Origin: an uncultured virus (IMG/VR IMGVR_UViG_3300032073_002513)
Lineage: Duplodnaviria; Heunggongvirae; Uroviricota; Caudoviricetes
Length of the DNA stretch: 64,000 bases
Direction: 5' to 3' (one strand)
IMG/VR virus record: IMGVR_UViG_3300032073_002513
In this document: piece by piece, positions 1 through 9,670 of the stretch
Position numbering within the stretch: position 1 is the stretch's first letter
Layout of the letters: each line of letters begins with the position of its first letter
Notes under the pieces: model-generated
Seen by the model: only the letters and a program-made list of their open reading frames with translations
The model's database searches: none
What the model was told of the DNA's origin: nothing
Translations under genes and position numbers: made by a program

Positions 1-385
1 TTGGTCTTTCCATATTATAGGTAATTAAAGGCTCTATATCATTTTGTATAATAACATCTAAGTCAAAGAATATAAAACGACCTGTGGGTTTGTCTTCAGC
101 AAAGTTATGAGTATTGAATACAAATGTTTTAGGCCTATCCCAGCATCTTGCCATACCATATTTAAAGTCGTCTTTTTGAAACCAATACTTAGGATGTATG
201 TTGGGAATGTCTGGAAAAGGAATAACTTTTACATCATCATCTATACCTTCAGCGTCATCTGTATAACAATAAAAATGGAAATCGTGTTTAGGATTACAAT
301 TCCTCTTGGCCATATTTTTTAATTTATTCACAAAGTGAGGACCATATCTAGTGCCCCACTTAGAACATACTATATTTACTCTCAT
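1..385 (-). CDS. Glycosyltransferase-like protein (GT-A, DxD), truncated by window edge
   Basis: Manual translation MRVNIVCSKWGTRYG...CYTDD...HPKYWF...CWDRPK...FFDLDVII; paralog of 2703..3479; not in ORF track. Confidence 0.75.
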   Translation of the reverse strand, partial: MRVNIVCSKWGTRYGPHFVNKLKNMAKRNCNPKHDFHFYCYTDDAEGIDDDVKVIPFPDIPNIHPKYWFQKDDFKYGMARCWDRPKTFVFNTHNFAEDKPTGRFIFFDLDVIIQNDIEPLITYNMERP

Positions 386-1053
386 AACTCTTTGCCTTTA
401 TAATCTCCTGCTAGTGGAAAAATTTTAGTTATTACATCTGCCACAGCATGTGCAATATCCATGTGTTCTAACTGCGTACCATTAGCACCTCGAAGTTCAA
501 TGTAATGTATCCAGCTTCTTAATGTTCCGTTAACATACATTCTACTCTTAGTATTACCTTCAGGTAATACAGCCCTAGCTTGTTCTTTTGCTATTCCATG
601 TTCTAACGCCCATGTATAAGCATATCTAGTTTGCCTAATAATATCTTTTTGTAACTCCTGCCACTTACTATCTAATTTATAGTCATCAGTAGGAATACTA
701 TTTTGTCTATTTTTAGGGTCCTGCATTCTTGCTTCTCTTACTTCAAACTCTAAGTCCTTAGTAGGATCTGCATACCGCTGACTAAATTCTTGAAAGCTAA
801 AACTCCTGTGTCTTAGAATTTGTCTTGCAATGTCTCTTGTGGTGTCTATTTCTAGACATACACTTACCATTTCTAATGGCGACCAATGCTTGTGTTTCAT
901 TAGATACTTAATAAGTTTCTCACTTGTATCTTTATTTAATTGTCCATCTGGATTACTTACTCTGGCACAAAAAGCTACAAGTTCTGTAGCGCTTGTGTCG
1001 TCTATAAGATAGTTTCCATCTGTTTGGCTGTAGCTGATTAACTTAACCTGCAT
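382..1053 (-). CDS. thyX: FAD-dependent thymidylate synthase
   Basis: RHRSFSFQEFSQRY motif, HWSPLE, EQARAVLP. Confidence 0.97.
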   Translation of the reverse strand: MQVKLISYSQTDGNYLIDDTSATELVAFCARVSNPDGQLNKDTSEKLIKYLMKHKHWSPLEMVSVCLEIDTTRDIARQILRHRSFSFQEFSQRYADPTKDLEFEVREARMQDPKNRQNSIPTDDYKLDSKWQELQKDIIRQTRYAYTWALEHGIAKEQARAVLPEGNTKSRMYVNGTLRSWIHYIELRGANGTQLEHMDIAHAVADVITKIFPLAGDYKGKEL

Positions 1054-1253
1054 ATGACATAGTCCTTACCGTATTGTTGTTTGTGTTTAGCAAGTGCTTC
1101 CGTGACTTGCATTGTTTTATAATCAAAGTCTGTAATGTCTGATTTAATAATCAAAACAGCAAACTGAGACTCTTCAACTATTGGTATATAGTTATCATAG
1201 TCTTCGAATGTGCCTTTTAATATTACTGATTTTTCTGTTGTTACTTCTAACAT
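1038..1253 (-). CDS. Hypothetical protein
   Basis: 71 aa ORF overlapping both neighbours in the operon. Confidence 0.55.
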   Translation of the reverse strand: MLEVTTEKSVILKGTFEDYDNYIPIVEESQFAVLIIKSDITDFDYKTMQVTEALAKHKQQYGKDYVICRLS

Positions 1254-2737
1254 ATTCCACCTTGTTCATCGTGTATTATTTGTGGATTTAACTTTAACAA
1301 ATTATTAAAGTATCCTTTAAAGAAGTCATTTGTAAAAATTTCTTCTAGGGTGTGTTCATTTATATTATTCTTATCCCAACTATACAATAATTCTGTCTTG
1401 TGTTCAGGAGAATTATTTGCAGTAGTTAAATTAAGAGCCACATGTTTACAGGGAAACACATTACCTTTAGAGTTTAGATAAAATGAATTATTAACTTTAC
1501 CTTCACACTTAACATGTGGTGAAAATTTTATTGTTCTCTCTTTATATATGTCATCTTTTTTTCTTGTCTGTAGAGTCTCTAGTTCTATAAGTTTATAGTC
1601 TGGCATATCGGGTTTAGTTTTTTCTATAACTTGTAATTTTTCTTTAGGGATTTGATTATCATATATAAAGCCATAGAAGTTATATTCCTCTGATATTTTT
1701 TTAGCTTTCTGAATATCAGAATCTAATTGATTAGTATGTACATAATTCCAAAACACTCTACACCCAGAGTCTATCAACGCTTTTGCATTTTGTAATATTT
1801 GTTTATCTGGATTGCCTGTATTAATATTAAATGTAATGTTACCTGCTTCTAAAAACATTAAGCCTAAGTTACTCCACCAAATAGGCTCATTAGATTTTCC
1901 ATTTGTAGTTATATCACAACCACCAATACCCCACCTGGACATAAAGAAATGAGCTATATCAAATAGTTCAGGATTTAATGTAGGGTCTGTATCTGTGCCT
2001 TTAAAATGTATTCTTTTCAACTTAGATTTTTCTATAAAGTCTTTTGTAAATGTATCCTCTATTTGTTCTAAAGTTAAATAGTCATCTCCTGATATAGGAT
2101 TTATTTCTACTCTTTCAGGCAAGTAAGGATAAAGATCTGTTTCTTTGTTATACATCTTATCCAATTGTTCTTCAGTAAAATCCTCATACCAAAAAGGCAA
2201 AGCTACTATACTCTCATCTGTTTTTTCTGGATATGTTGCTGTACTATCTTTTAGAAAAGGTAAAGCACCTTCTTCTATTAAAAACTTCTCGCTAAATATA
2301 TCATAGTTATATAATAAGTCATCTTCTTTTTCGTCCCATTCTTTTAGTATAGCTTCCACTTTATCATTACGGTATACAAAATAACCTAGGTTACCATCCT
2401 CAAGCAAAATCTTCTTGTTTGACTTATAAATGTCTATGTCCTGTATGTTGTTAATAATACAATTAGGTGTTATAAACAATGTATGTCCACCAGGTTTGGT
2501 GTGTTGCATTATATCTATTTCCAACCAATCCTTTCCATACTTAGGCACATGAAAGGTTATTCCATCTATATAGCCTTCTTTCTTTCGAGTAATTTCTAAC
2601 AGTTTATACTCATCGGCGCTTACAAAGACGTAAAAATCAAAAGGATTTACGCACAGTTTCTTAACCTGTGTATATAATGCGTTTATCTGTCCTTGACTAT
2701 AATTACTGTCTAGCTGATTTGCTATAATCGTTACCAT
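1247..2737 (-). CDS. Degenerate glycosyltransferase-like N-terminus fused to degenerate radical-SAM/SPASM-like region
   Basis: N-terminus resembles neighbouring GTs (INALYTQVKK..FDFYVF); middle has DPTLNPELFDI, ITTNG; C-terminus CEG..YLNSKGNVFPC; no CxxxCxxC. Confidence 0.5.
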   Translation of the reverse strand: MVTIIANQLDSNYSQGQINALYTQVKKLCVNPFDFYVFVSADEYKLLEITRKKEGYIDGITFHVPKYGKDWLEIDIMQHTKPGGHTLFITPNCIINNIQDIDIYKSNKKILLEDGNLGYFVYRNDKVEAILKEWDEKEDDLLYNYDIFSEKFLIEEGALPFLKDSTATYPEKTDESIVALPFWYEDFTEEQLDKMYNKETDLYPYLPERVEINPISGDDYLTLEQIEDTFTKDFIEKSKLKRIHFKGTDTDPTLNPELFDIAHFFMSRWGIGGCDITTNGKSNEPIWWSNLGLMFLEAGNITFNINTGNPDKQILQNAKALIDSGCRVFWNYVHTNQLDSDIQKAKKISEEYNFYGFIYDNQIPKEKLQVIEKTKPDMPDYKLIELETLQTRKKDDIYKERTIKFSPHVKCEGKVNNSFYLNSKGNVFPCKHVALNLTTANNSPEHKTELLYSWDKNNINEHTLEEIFTNDFFKGYFNNLLKLNPQIIHDEQGGIC

Positions 2738-3479
2738 GCCATAATCTCAATAATGTCTCATCTTCTAATTCATCGATCTTTATCTGTTTATTGTTAGACT
2801 TTAATACATCTACATTAAATAAACAAAATTTACATTCTTCTCTATATTTATGTGTCTCCAAATCCTCTGGAAATTGCATTCCTCTATTGTAAGAGTAAGT
2901 CCATTCAAATGGCATGTTACTCCAAAAGTCTCTTTGTCTCCAATAGTGATAGTTATCTGTTCCTTTCCAAAATGTTTTAAATATCATTTGATCTTCCTGT
3001 AAGGCTTCCCAAAAGATATGTTCACATTGATCTCTATTCCAACACATTACACTAGAGTTATAAAATGTTCCCCGAACATCTATAAACTTCCTATCATGTT
3101 TATGTTTAGGGTTCTGCCATCTGGAATGTATTATCCTAGGCTTTAATGCTAGTTCATATAAATTTGTTATATCGCTTTGTATGATTACATCTAGATCTAA
3201 ATAACACCATTTACCTTCAAAGCCTAAAAAGTTATGAGAATTAAATACTAAGAACTTGGCTCTATCCCAACAATAGTTTTCTTTACCAAACCAATACTTA
3301 GGATGTAAAGGTTCTATGTCAGGTATATCTCTGGCATCACACTTTAATCCTGTGTCGTCATCTGTATAGCAGGTAAATGTAAAGTCATTATGATAATGTT
3401 CCTGTACCATACGATACAAATTATTAACATAATCAGGTGAGTACTTAGTGCCCCACTTGATGCATACAAAATTCATCAT
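2703..3479 (-). CDS. Glycosyltransferase-like protein (GT-A, DxD)
   Basis: CIKWGTKYSPDYVNNL, CYTDD, YLDLDVII, NSSVM. Confidence 0.8.
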   Translation of the reverse strand: MMNFVCIKWGTKYSPDYVNNLYRMVQEHYHNDFTFTCYTDDDTGLKCDARDIPDIEPLHPKYWFGKENYCWDRAKFLVFNSHNFLGFEGKWCYLDLDVIIQSDITNLYELALKPRIIHSRWQNPKHKHDRKFIDVRGTFYNSSVMCWNRDQCEHIFWEALQEDQMIFKTFWKGTDNYHYWRQRDFWSNMPFEWTYSYNRGMQFPEDLETHKYREECKFCLFNVDVLKSNNKQIKIDELEDETLLRLWHGNDYSKSARQ

Positions 3480-4107
3480 ATTCTTTCTCAATCTCCGGGT
3501 GTCTGTCTAAGCCGTTTAATAAACATATAGGATACTCTGGTCTATATTTTCTTCCTGAATACAGATAAGAGTATACCTCATTGTGTGGTAAGTGTTCAAA
3601 TGTAAATCCTTCATGGTATAAAAATGTATCGTCTCCATAAGGGTATTGTACAATGTATGTTTCTGGATATTCATTATAATGTTTCCATATATGTGTAGCA
3701 TCTTTCCATAACATTACACTAGAATTATAATTACTTAATGGAAACCCAGGCTGGTGTGGGAAGTCATGTATATTTAATTGTTCGTCACCTTTATCTTTCC
3801 ACCATGTGTATACTATAACAGGATTATCCACACAATAATCAAACAAATGATCTATATTCTTTTGTATTCTTATATCTAGATCTAAGTATAATATAGTACC
3901 CATATCTTTTAGCTGAAACAATTTTAATTTTTCCATATTACCGTCGGGTTCATGTTCCATATAAATAATCCCGATATCAGGATGTAATCCCTTAGGGTCA
4001 TCCGTAACGCAAACATAGTTATACTTGCCTTCGGTATGTTCATAGATAGAATTAACAGCATCTGAGCTGTATTTCTCACCATATTTTAATGTTAAAATAG
4101 TTTTCAT
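3445..4107 (-). CDS. Glycosyltransferase-like protein (GT-A, DxD)
   Basis: LKYGEKY, CVTDD, YLDLDIRI, NSSVMLW, GDDTFL; alternative GTG start at 4116. Confidence 0.8.
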   Translation of the reverse strand: MKTILTLKYGEKYSSDAVNSIYEHTEGKYNYVCVTDDPKGLHPDIGIIYMEHEPDGNMEKLKLFQLKDMGTILYLDLDIRIQKNIDHLFDYCVDNPVIVYTWWKDKGDEQLNIHDFPHQPGFPLSNYNSSVMLWKDATHIWKHYNEYPETYIVQYPYGDDTFLYHEGFTFEHLPHNEVYSYLYSGRKYRPEYPICLLNGLDRHPEIEKEYDEFCMHQVGH

Positions 4108-4119
4108 TGTAATCACTTT

Positions 4120-4131
4120 TATTTATAAATA
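4120..4131. promoter_or_regulatory. Overlapping divergent T4-type late promoters (TATTTATAAATA)
   Basis: TATAAATA on + (4124-4131) and on - (4127-4120), between divergent genes. Confidence 0.75.
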
Positions 4132-4164
4132 AGACTATACACGATATTTTAGAGATAGGAATTA

Positions 4165-4494
4165 ATGGCAACCGTTTCAAATGTAGTAATAGATCAAGGC
4201 ACGACCTTCAGTTTGGAGTTAAATCTAACGAACGATGACGCTAGCGCTAAAGATCTAACTAATTATACAGTAACTTCACAGATGAGAAAATCTTTTGAAG
4301 CTACAACTGCTACAGATTTTACAACGGCAAAAGTTAATTCTACAGGTAAGATAACAATTTCTTTAACAGCAGTAGAAACAGCAGCTGTTAAAGCAGGAAG
4401 ATATGTTTATGATATTGAGATAGCCTCAAGCTCAGAAACATTAAGAGTTTTAGAGGGAATAGTAACTGTAACACCAAATGTTACAAGAGCATAG
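4165..4494 (+). CDS. Virion structural protein, BppU-N/Ig-like
   Basis: IDQGTTFS..DLTNYT...GRYVYDIEI..RVLEG pattern; follows late promoter. Confidence 0.6.
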   Translation: MATVSNVVIDQGTTFSLELNLTNDDASAKDLTNYTVTSQMRKSFEATTATDFTTAKVNSTGKITISLTAVETAAVKAGRYVYDIEIASSSETLRVLEGIVTVTPNVTRA

Positions 4495-4504
4495 GAGATA
4501 AAAG

Positions 4505-4762
4505 ATGGCAGTTAATGTAAACGCTACACAGAACCCAGTATCGGTATCCGTATCTACTGGTAGTACTAGAGTCGTTACAACTACCACAACTCAAAGCCAG
4601 GTTGCAACTTCAACAACCATTGACAACTTGTCTGGAATAGATACAAGTGCTAAACAAAATGGTTACACTCTAGTATATGATGGCACCAGTGGGAAGTGGG
4701 AGGCAGCTCCAGCATCGTCTGTAGCAGCTTCAATTACTTCCATTGATGGTGGTACTTTTTAG
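4505..4762 (+). CDS. Small virion/fibre-associated protein
   Basis: LVYDGTSGKW fibre-type motif; ends IDGGTF; RBS GGAG. Confidence 0.6.
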   Translation: MAVNVNATQNPVSVSVSTGSTRVVTTTTTQSQVATSTTIDNLSGIDTSAKQNGYTLVYDGTSGKWEAAPASSVAASITSIDGGTF

Positions 4763-4821
4763 AATGATATAAAGCTTTATATTATATAATATTTAAAAGA
4801 CATTTAACTAGGAGAAAATAA

Positions 4822-6216
4822 ATGGCAACAACAATTCAAATCAAAAGATCTACAGGATCGGCAGCTCCAGCAGCCTCGGACTTAGTAGAAGGTGAATTGG
4901 CTTATGCTGAAGATAGATCCGGTTCTGGTGCTTCTGCTAAATTATATGTTTCATCTATAGATTCAGGTGGTAACGAAGCTATCCAAGCAATTGGAGGTAA
5001 GTACTACACAGATCTAGTTGACGCAGCGACGAATGCTAATACAGCATCAACGCTTGTTAAAAGAGATGGCTCAGGTAACATTATAGTAGGCGCAGTAACA
5101 GGAAATCTAACTGGAGACGTAACAGGTAGCATTGCAGGCGCAACAGCTAACATGACAGGTCTAGTTACTTTCGGATCACTAACTGATGGCACAATTACAG
5201 CCACAGCATTTGTTGATGAGGACGATATGACTAGCGATAGTGCTACACTTATCCCAACTCAACAATCAGTTAAAGCCTATGTAGATGCTCAAGCACACAT
5301 GACAGACGTCGGCATTGCCGGTGACTCTGGTACTGGAGCAATTACAGATGCAGAAACATTCACCCTAACAGGTGGAACAGGTATCACAACAGCGGTATCG
5401 GGTAACGCAGTTACTCACACATTGGATAACACAGCAGTATCAGCAGGATCATATGGTTCAGCAAGTACTATTCCTGTTATCACAGTTGACGCTCAAGGTA
5501 GACTTACAGCAGTATCAACAGCATCTACAAGTTCAGCATTAACAATTGGAGCCGATAGTGGTTCTGATGATGTTGTAACAGTAGGTACAGATACTCTTAA
5601 CTTTACGGGTACAGCTAACGAAATTGAAACAACAGTTTCAAATAACACTATAACTATTGGATTACCAGACGATGTTACTATTGGCGGAAACGCTACAGTT
5701 TCAGGTAACCTAACAGTATCAGGAACTACAACAACTGTAGACTCCACAACACTATCCGTTGCAGATCCATTGATCTCATTAGCTACAGGCAACAATTCAT
5801 CTGATGTCGTTGACATTGGTTTGTATGGTTTGTTTGATACTAGTGGTTCAAAAGACTTATACGGGGGTTTATTTAGAGACGCTAATGATTCCGGTAAATG
5901 GAAAATATTTAAGGACCTAGAATCTGCACCTACTACTACTGTTAATACAAGTGGTACAGGTTATGCAGTTGGTACTTTAGTAGCAAACATTGAATCAGCT
6001 TCAGCAACTATTACAGGCGGTACTATAACTGGTATCACAGATTTAGTAGTAGCAGATGGTGGTACAGGTGTTGGTTCATTTACAAGTAAAGGTATACTTT
6101 ACGGTAATGGAACAGGTGTTTTACAAGTCACAGCAGCAGGCTCAGAAGGACAAGTTCTTCAGGCAGGCTCAGGAGGCACTCCAGAATTTGGTGGTGTTGA
6201 TGGCGGAACCTATTAA
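4822..6216 (+). CDS. Fibre protein
   Basis: TIQIKRS..GELAY N-terminus, PTQQSVKAYVD, ITVDAQGRLT, G/T/S-rich; ends VDGGTY. Confidence 0.8.
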   Translation: MATTIQIKRSTGSAAPAASDLVEGELAYAEDRSGSGASAKLYVSSIDSGGNEAIQAIGGKYYTDLVDAATNANTASTLVKRDGSGNIIVGAVTGNLTGDVTGSIAGATANMTGLVTFGSLTDGTITATAFVDEDDMTSDSATLIPTQQSVKAYVDAQAHMTDVGIAGDSGTGAITDAETFTLTGGTGITTAVSGNAVTHTLDNTAVSAGSYGSASTIPVITVDAQGRLTAVSTASTSSALTIGADSGSDDVVTVGTDTLNFTGTANEIETTVSNNTITIGLPDDVTIGGNATVSGNLTVSGTTTTVDSTTLSVADPLISLATGNNSSDVVDIGLYGLFDTSGSKDLYGGLFRDANDSGKWKIFKDLESAPTTTVNTSGTGYAVGTLVANIESASATITGGTITGITDLVVADGGTGVGSFTSKGILYGNGTGVLQVTAAGSEGQVLQAGSGGTPEFGGVDGGTY

Positions 6217-6234
6217 TATTAAGGGATAATTGAA

Positions 6235-6606
6235 ATGGACGAACAACTACTTAATGAATATATTAATAACTTGGCAAATCAGGTTAATACCCTGACCCAA
6301 GAAAACATTTTACTTAAAACTAGACTTAGTCTTTTAGAGAAAAGGGAACAAGAGAGGTTGGCAGTGGAAGAGAAGAAGGAAATACAAACTAATCCGGCAC
6401 CAGAGAGTAGTTACTCTCAACCGCCAGAAGTTAAACCAGAACCACAGCCTGAAAAGCCAGTGGTCGAGGAACCTTCTCCAGAGCCTGAACCTTCACCTAG
6501 ACAACAGGTGAAGATGACACGAGGTCCAAGACCAAAAGGATATAATCCTAGAGTTGATGGACCCAGACCTTTAATCCCAGATACTAAAAGCGAGTCACAA
6601 CAATAA
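6235..6606 (+). CDS. Coiled-coil protein with Pro/Glu-rich tail (possible fibre chaperone)
   Basis: Heptad-like N-terminus, PEPQPEKP-rich C-terminus. Confidence 0.55.
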   Translation: MDEQLLNEYINNLANQVNTLTQENILLKTRLSLLEKREQERLAVEEKKEIQTNPAPESSYSQPPEVKPEPQPEKPVVEEPSPEPEPSPRQQVKMTRGPRPKGYNPRVDGPRPLIPDTKSESQQ

Positions 6607-6620
6607 CAGAGGAATAATAA

Positions 6621-6941
6621 ATGGCAACAGTTATTAAAATTAAAAAGTCGGAAACAGCTAATGCTGTTCCTACTACCTCGGATTTAGCGGTTGGAGAAGT
6701 AGCCCTTAATACAGCAGACAAGGTTGCTTTTGTAAGAGATTCAACAGATAGCATAGTTAAATTTGCAAATTACGCAGAGAAAAACTTAGCATTAGAATTT
6801 CCTACAGGAGATTATGGTTCAGTAGCATCGGCATTAGCCACAGATGCTTTTGGTCAAACCATTGAAGTCATATATGACTTACAAACCTCAATTCAGTATA
6901 GGGTTGCGACAGAAGACTTAGGTTCAGATTCATCAGTATAA
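6621..6941 (+). CDS. Small fibre-associated protein
   Basis: VIKIKKS...GEVALN N-terminus similar to 4822. Confidence 0.6.
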   Translation: MATVIKIKKSETANAVPTTSDLAVGEVALNTADKVAFVRDSTDSIVKFANYAEKNLALEFPTGDYGSVASALATDAFGQTIEVIYDLQTSIQYRVATEDLGSDSSV

Positions 6942-6955
6942 CAAGGAGACTATAG

Positions 6956-7210
6956 ATGGCAGTTACAGTACAGTTTAGAAGGGGAACAACAGCTCAGAAC
7001 AATGCGTTCACGGGTTCTGTTGGTGAGCTTTCAATAAACACAACAACCAATACTATTAGGGTCCATGATGGGAGTACAGCAGGCGGGCATGAGCTTATGA
7101 AAGCTGATGCCACAAATATTGATGGGAATGTTCCAATAGGAAACATTTCCGGAACAATATCAGCTAGCGCATTGGATGATGGGTCTAGCATAGACGGCGG
7201 AACATATTAA
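6956..7210 (+). CDS. Mtd N-terminal-domain-like small protein
   Basis: VQFRRGTTAQNNAFTGSVGEL...VHDGSTAGG; ends IDGGTY. Confidence 0.7.
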   Translation: MAVTVQFRRGTTAQNNAFTGSVGELSINTTTNTIRVHDGSTAGGHELMKADATNIDGNVPIGNISGTISASALDDGSSIDGGTY

Positions 7211-7223
7211 TTAGGAGACAAAA

Positions 7224-8678
7224 ATGCCAACACAAGTACAATTAAGAAGAGGAACTACTACACAAAATAATTCCTTTACTGGTGCGGTAGGTGAACTTTC
7301 CGTAGACACTACGCTAGATACAGTCCGAGTACATGATGGTTCAACAGCAGGCGGACATAGACTTGCCAAATATTCAGACATAAGTGCTGGAGATATTACG
7401 GCGGTTGTAGCAGGCACAGGACTATCAGGAGGAGCAACTAGCGGAAGTGCTACAGTATCACTTTCCCACTTAGGCTTAGAAAGCCTTTCAGACCCGAATG
7501 ATGACAGAATTTTATTCTGGGATGATTCAGCAGGCGCTTCAGCGTTTTTAGATATAGGTTCAGGCCTAGCAATATCTGGAACGACATTAGCAGCGTCAAC
7601 ACAAACGAGCTTAGCAGATGCAGATGCAGATACTAAGATTCAACTAGAAGAAAGCAGCGACGAAGATACAATTAGATTCGACGCAGCAGGAACAGAAGTT
7701 ATGAAGGTAACTTCAACAGGACTATTCCCAAGCGCAGATGATACATTTGCACTAGGGGCAGCTAACTTACAATGGAGTGATGTTTATGTAGGTCCTGGTT
7801 CACTATATGTTAATGGACAAAAAGTATTAGAAGATTCCTCAGGTTCAATTGTTGTATCTGCGGACTCTAACCAAAATGTTAGTGTACAAACATCAGGCTC
7901 AGGTAATGTCGAATTAGACGCTACAGGAACTGGTCTTGTTGCAGTTAAAAGCACATTACAAATTGAGGACGGTAGTAATATTACTAACTCAGCAGGTAAT
8001 GGACTTACATTTGGTTCAGGTCTAATATCAGATTCACTTACATCAAGATCTACAAATACTAATTTAGTATTAGCTGGTAACGGCTCAGGGATTGTACAAG
8101 TAAGTGATGCCTTAACAGTAACAGGAAACCTTACAGTACAAGGAACAACCTCAACAGTAGAATCTACAACTTTAACAGTTGCAGATAAAAACATCACCGT
8201 AGCTCAAGGTGCAGCGGACGCAGCAGCAGCCAACGGAGCAGGACTTACAGTAGATGGAGCGTCAGCAACATTAACTTATACTTCTGCAGATGATAGATGG
8301 AACTTTAACAAATCCTTAAACGCTACCTTAATTGGTAATGTTACAGGTAATGTTACAGGTAATGTTAGTGGAAGTTCTGGTTCAACAACAGGTAACGCAG
8401 CAACTGCTACAACAGCAGCGGCTTTAACTACAGCAAGGACTCTATCATTTACAGGTGATGTAACTGGTACAGGAGACTTTGACGGATCAGGTAACTTAGC
8501 AACAGCATTAACTATTGCAGCTAATAGTGTTGCTTTAGGTACAGATACAACAGGGAATTATATGGCGCAAGTAAGTGGAGGAGATGGTATTACTATTTCT
8601 CACTCACAGGGAGAGGGCTCAACAGCTACAATCACTGGTACAGCAATATATGATTCAAGTGGAACAAAATTAAATTAA
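7224..8678 (+). CDS. Fibre protein with Mtd-like N-terminus
   Basis: VQLRRGTT..GEL..VHDGSTAGG, DADADTKIQ, GNVTGNVT repeats. Confidence 0.8.
   Translation: MPTQVQLRRGTTTQNNSFTGAVGELSVDTTLDTVRVHDGSTAGGHRLAKYSDISAGDITAVVAGTGLSGGATSGSATVSLSHLGLESLSDPNDDRILFWDDSAGASAFLDIGSGLAISGTTLAASTQTSLADADADTKIQLEESSDEDTIRFDAAGTEVMKVTSTGLFPSADDTFALGAANLQWSDVYVGPGSLYVNGQKVLEDSSGSIVVSADSNQNVSVQTSGSGNVELDATGTGLVAVKSTLQIEDGSNITNSAGNGLTFGSGLISDSLTSRSTNTNLVLAGNGSGIVQVSDALTVTGNLTVQGTTSTVESTTLTVADKNITVAQGAADAAAANGAGLTVDGASATLTYTSADDRWNFNKSLNATLIGNVTGNVTGNVSGSSGSTTGNAATATTAAALTTARTLSFTGDVTGTGDFDGSGNLATALTIAANSVALGTDTTGNYMAQVSGGDGITISHSQGEGSTATITGTAIYDSSGTKLN
8334..8369 (+). repeat. 12-bp coding tandem repeat x3 (GNVT)
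   Basis: GGTAATGTTACA twice plus GGTAATGTTAGT. Confidence 0.85.
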
Positions 8679-8689
8679 GGTAGACGCAG

Positions 8690-9667
8690 ATGGCTTTAGC
8701 AAGTAGAATAGATTTACAGGATTATTGTCTAAGAAGACTTGGACACCCTGTAATTGAAATTAATGTTGACGACGCACAACTCTCAGATCGTTTAGACGAT
8801 TCTTTGCAGTTTTTTCAAGAGTATCATTTCGATGGAGTCGAAAGGACTTATGTCAAACATGAAGTTACAGGGTCTAAGCTAAAGTTAACTGCTAACCTTG
8901 GTGGTAATTTTACTAAGGGAGACATCTTAACAGGTGGAACTTCCGGTGCAACTGCAGAATTTTATCAAACAGATTCTACAGCACAATTTTTAGAATTTGA
9001 ACAAGTTAGATCAGGAACTTTTGTAGCATCTGAAACCGTAACAGGTAGTATATCAGGAGCCACAGCAACAATAAGCGCTACGGATTTTTATACTAAAGGA
9101 GATATTGAAAACGGATATTTTCCAGTAAGTAACAATATCATAGGTATAACCCGGGTCTTTAATTTTGGTGGAGCAGCCACAAACAATACAAAAGATGGAC
9201 AACTGTTTGATTTAATGTATCAGTTTAGAATGAATGATCTATATAATTTAATGGGAGCAGACATGATATATTATTCAGTCGTGCAAACTCATTTATCAAC
9301 ATTAGAACAACTGTTAGTAGGACAACGACAAATTCGTTGGAATAGAAAAACAGATAGACTTTATGTAGATACAGATTGGGATAAGACATATAATATAGGC
9401 GACTTTATAGTAGCTGAGGCTTATGCTATCTTAGATCCTAATACATATACAGAGGTTTATGACGATATGTTCTTAAAGAAATATACAACAGCATTATTTA
9501 AAAAACAATGGGGCGATAATCTGAAGAAATTTGCAGGTATTCAAATGCCAGGTGGTGTGACTTTAAACGGAGAAACCATTTACAACGAGGCAGTACAAGA
9601 GATACAAGCAATTGAACAGGAGATGCAACTTAAATACGAATTACCTCCTCAATTTATGATAGGTTAA
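8690..9667 (+). CDS. gp13: Neck protein gp13
   Basis: YCLRRLGHPVIEINVD, QEYHFDG, KQWGDNLKKF, PGGVTLNG. Confidence 0.95.
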   Translation: MALASRIDLQDYCLRRLGHPVIEINVDDAQLSDRLDDSLQFFQEYHFDGVERTYVKHEVTGSKLKLTANLGGNFTKGDILTGGTSGATAEFYQTDSTAQFLEFEQVRSGTFVASETVTGSISGATATISATDFYTKGDIENGYFPVSNNIIGITRVFNFGGAATNNTKDGQLFDLMYQFRMNDLYNLMGADMIYYSVVQTHLSTLEQLLVGQRQIRWNRKTDRLYVDTDWDKTYNIGDFIVAEAYAILDPNTYTEVYDDMFLKKYTTALFKKQWGDNLKKFAGIQMPGGVTLNGETIYNEAVQEIQAIEQEMQLKYELPPQFMIG

Positions 9668-9670
9668 CAC

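Noticed and set aside
6956..8678. Diversity-generating retroelement suggested by Mtd-like domains
   Set aside because: Only the N-terminal module is present; no reverse transcriptase or TR/VR pair seen in the window.
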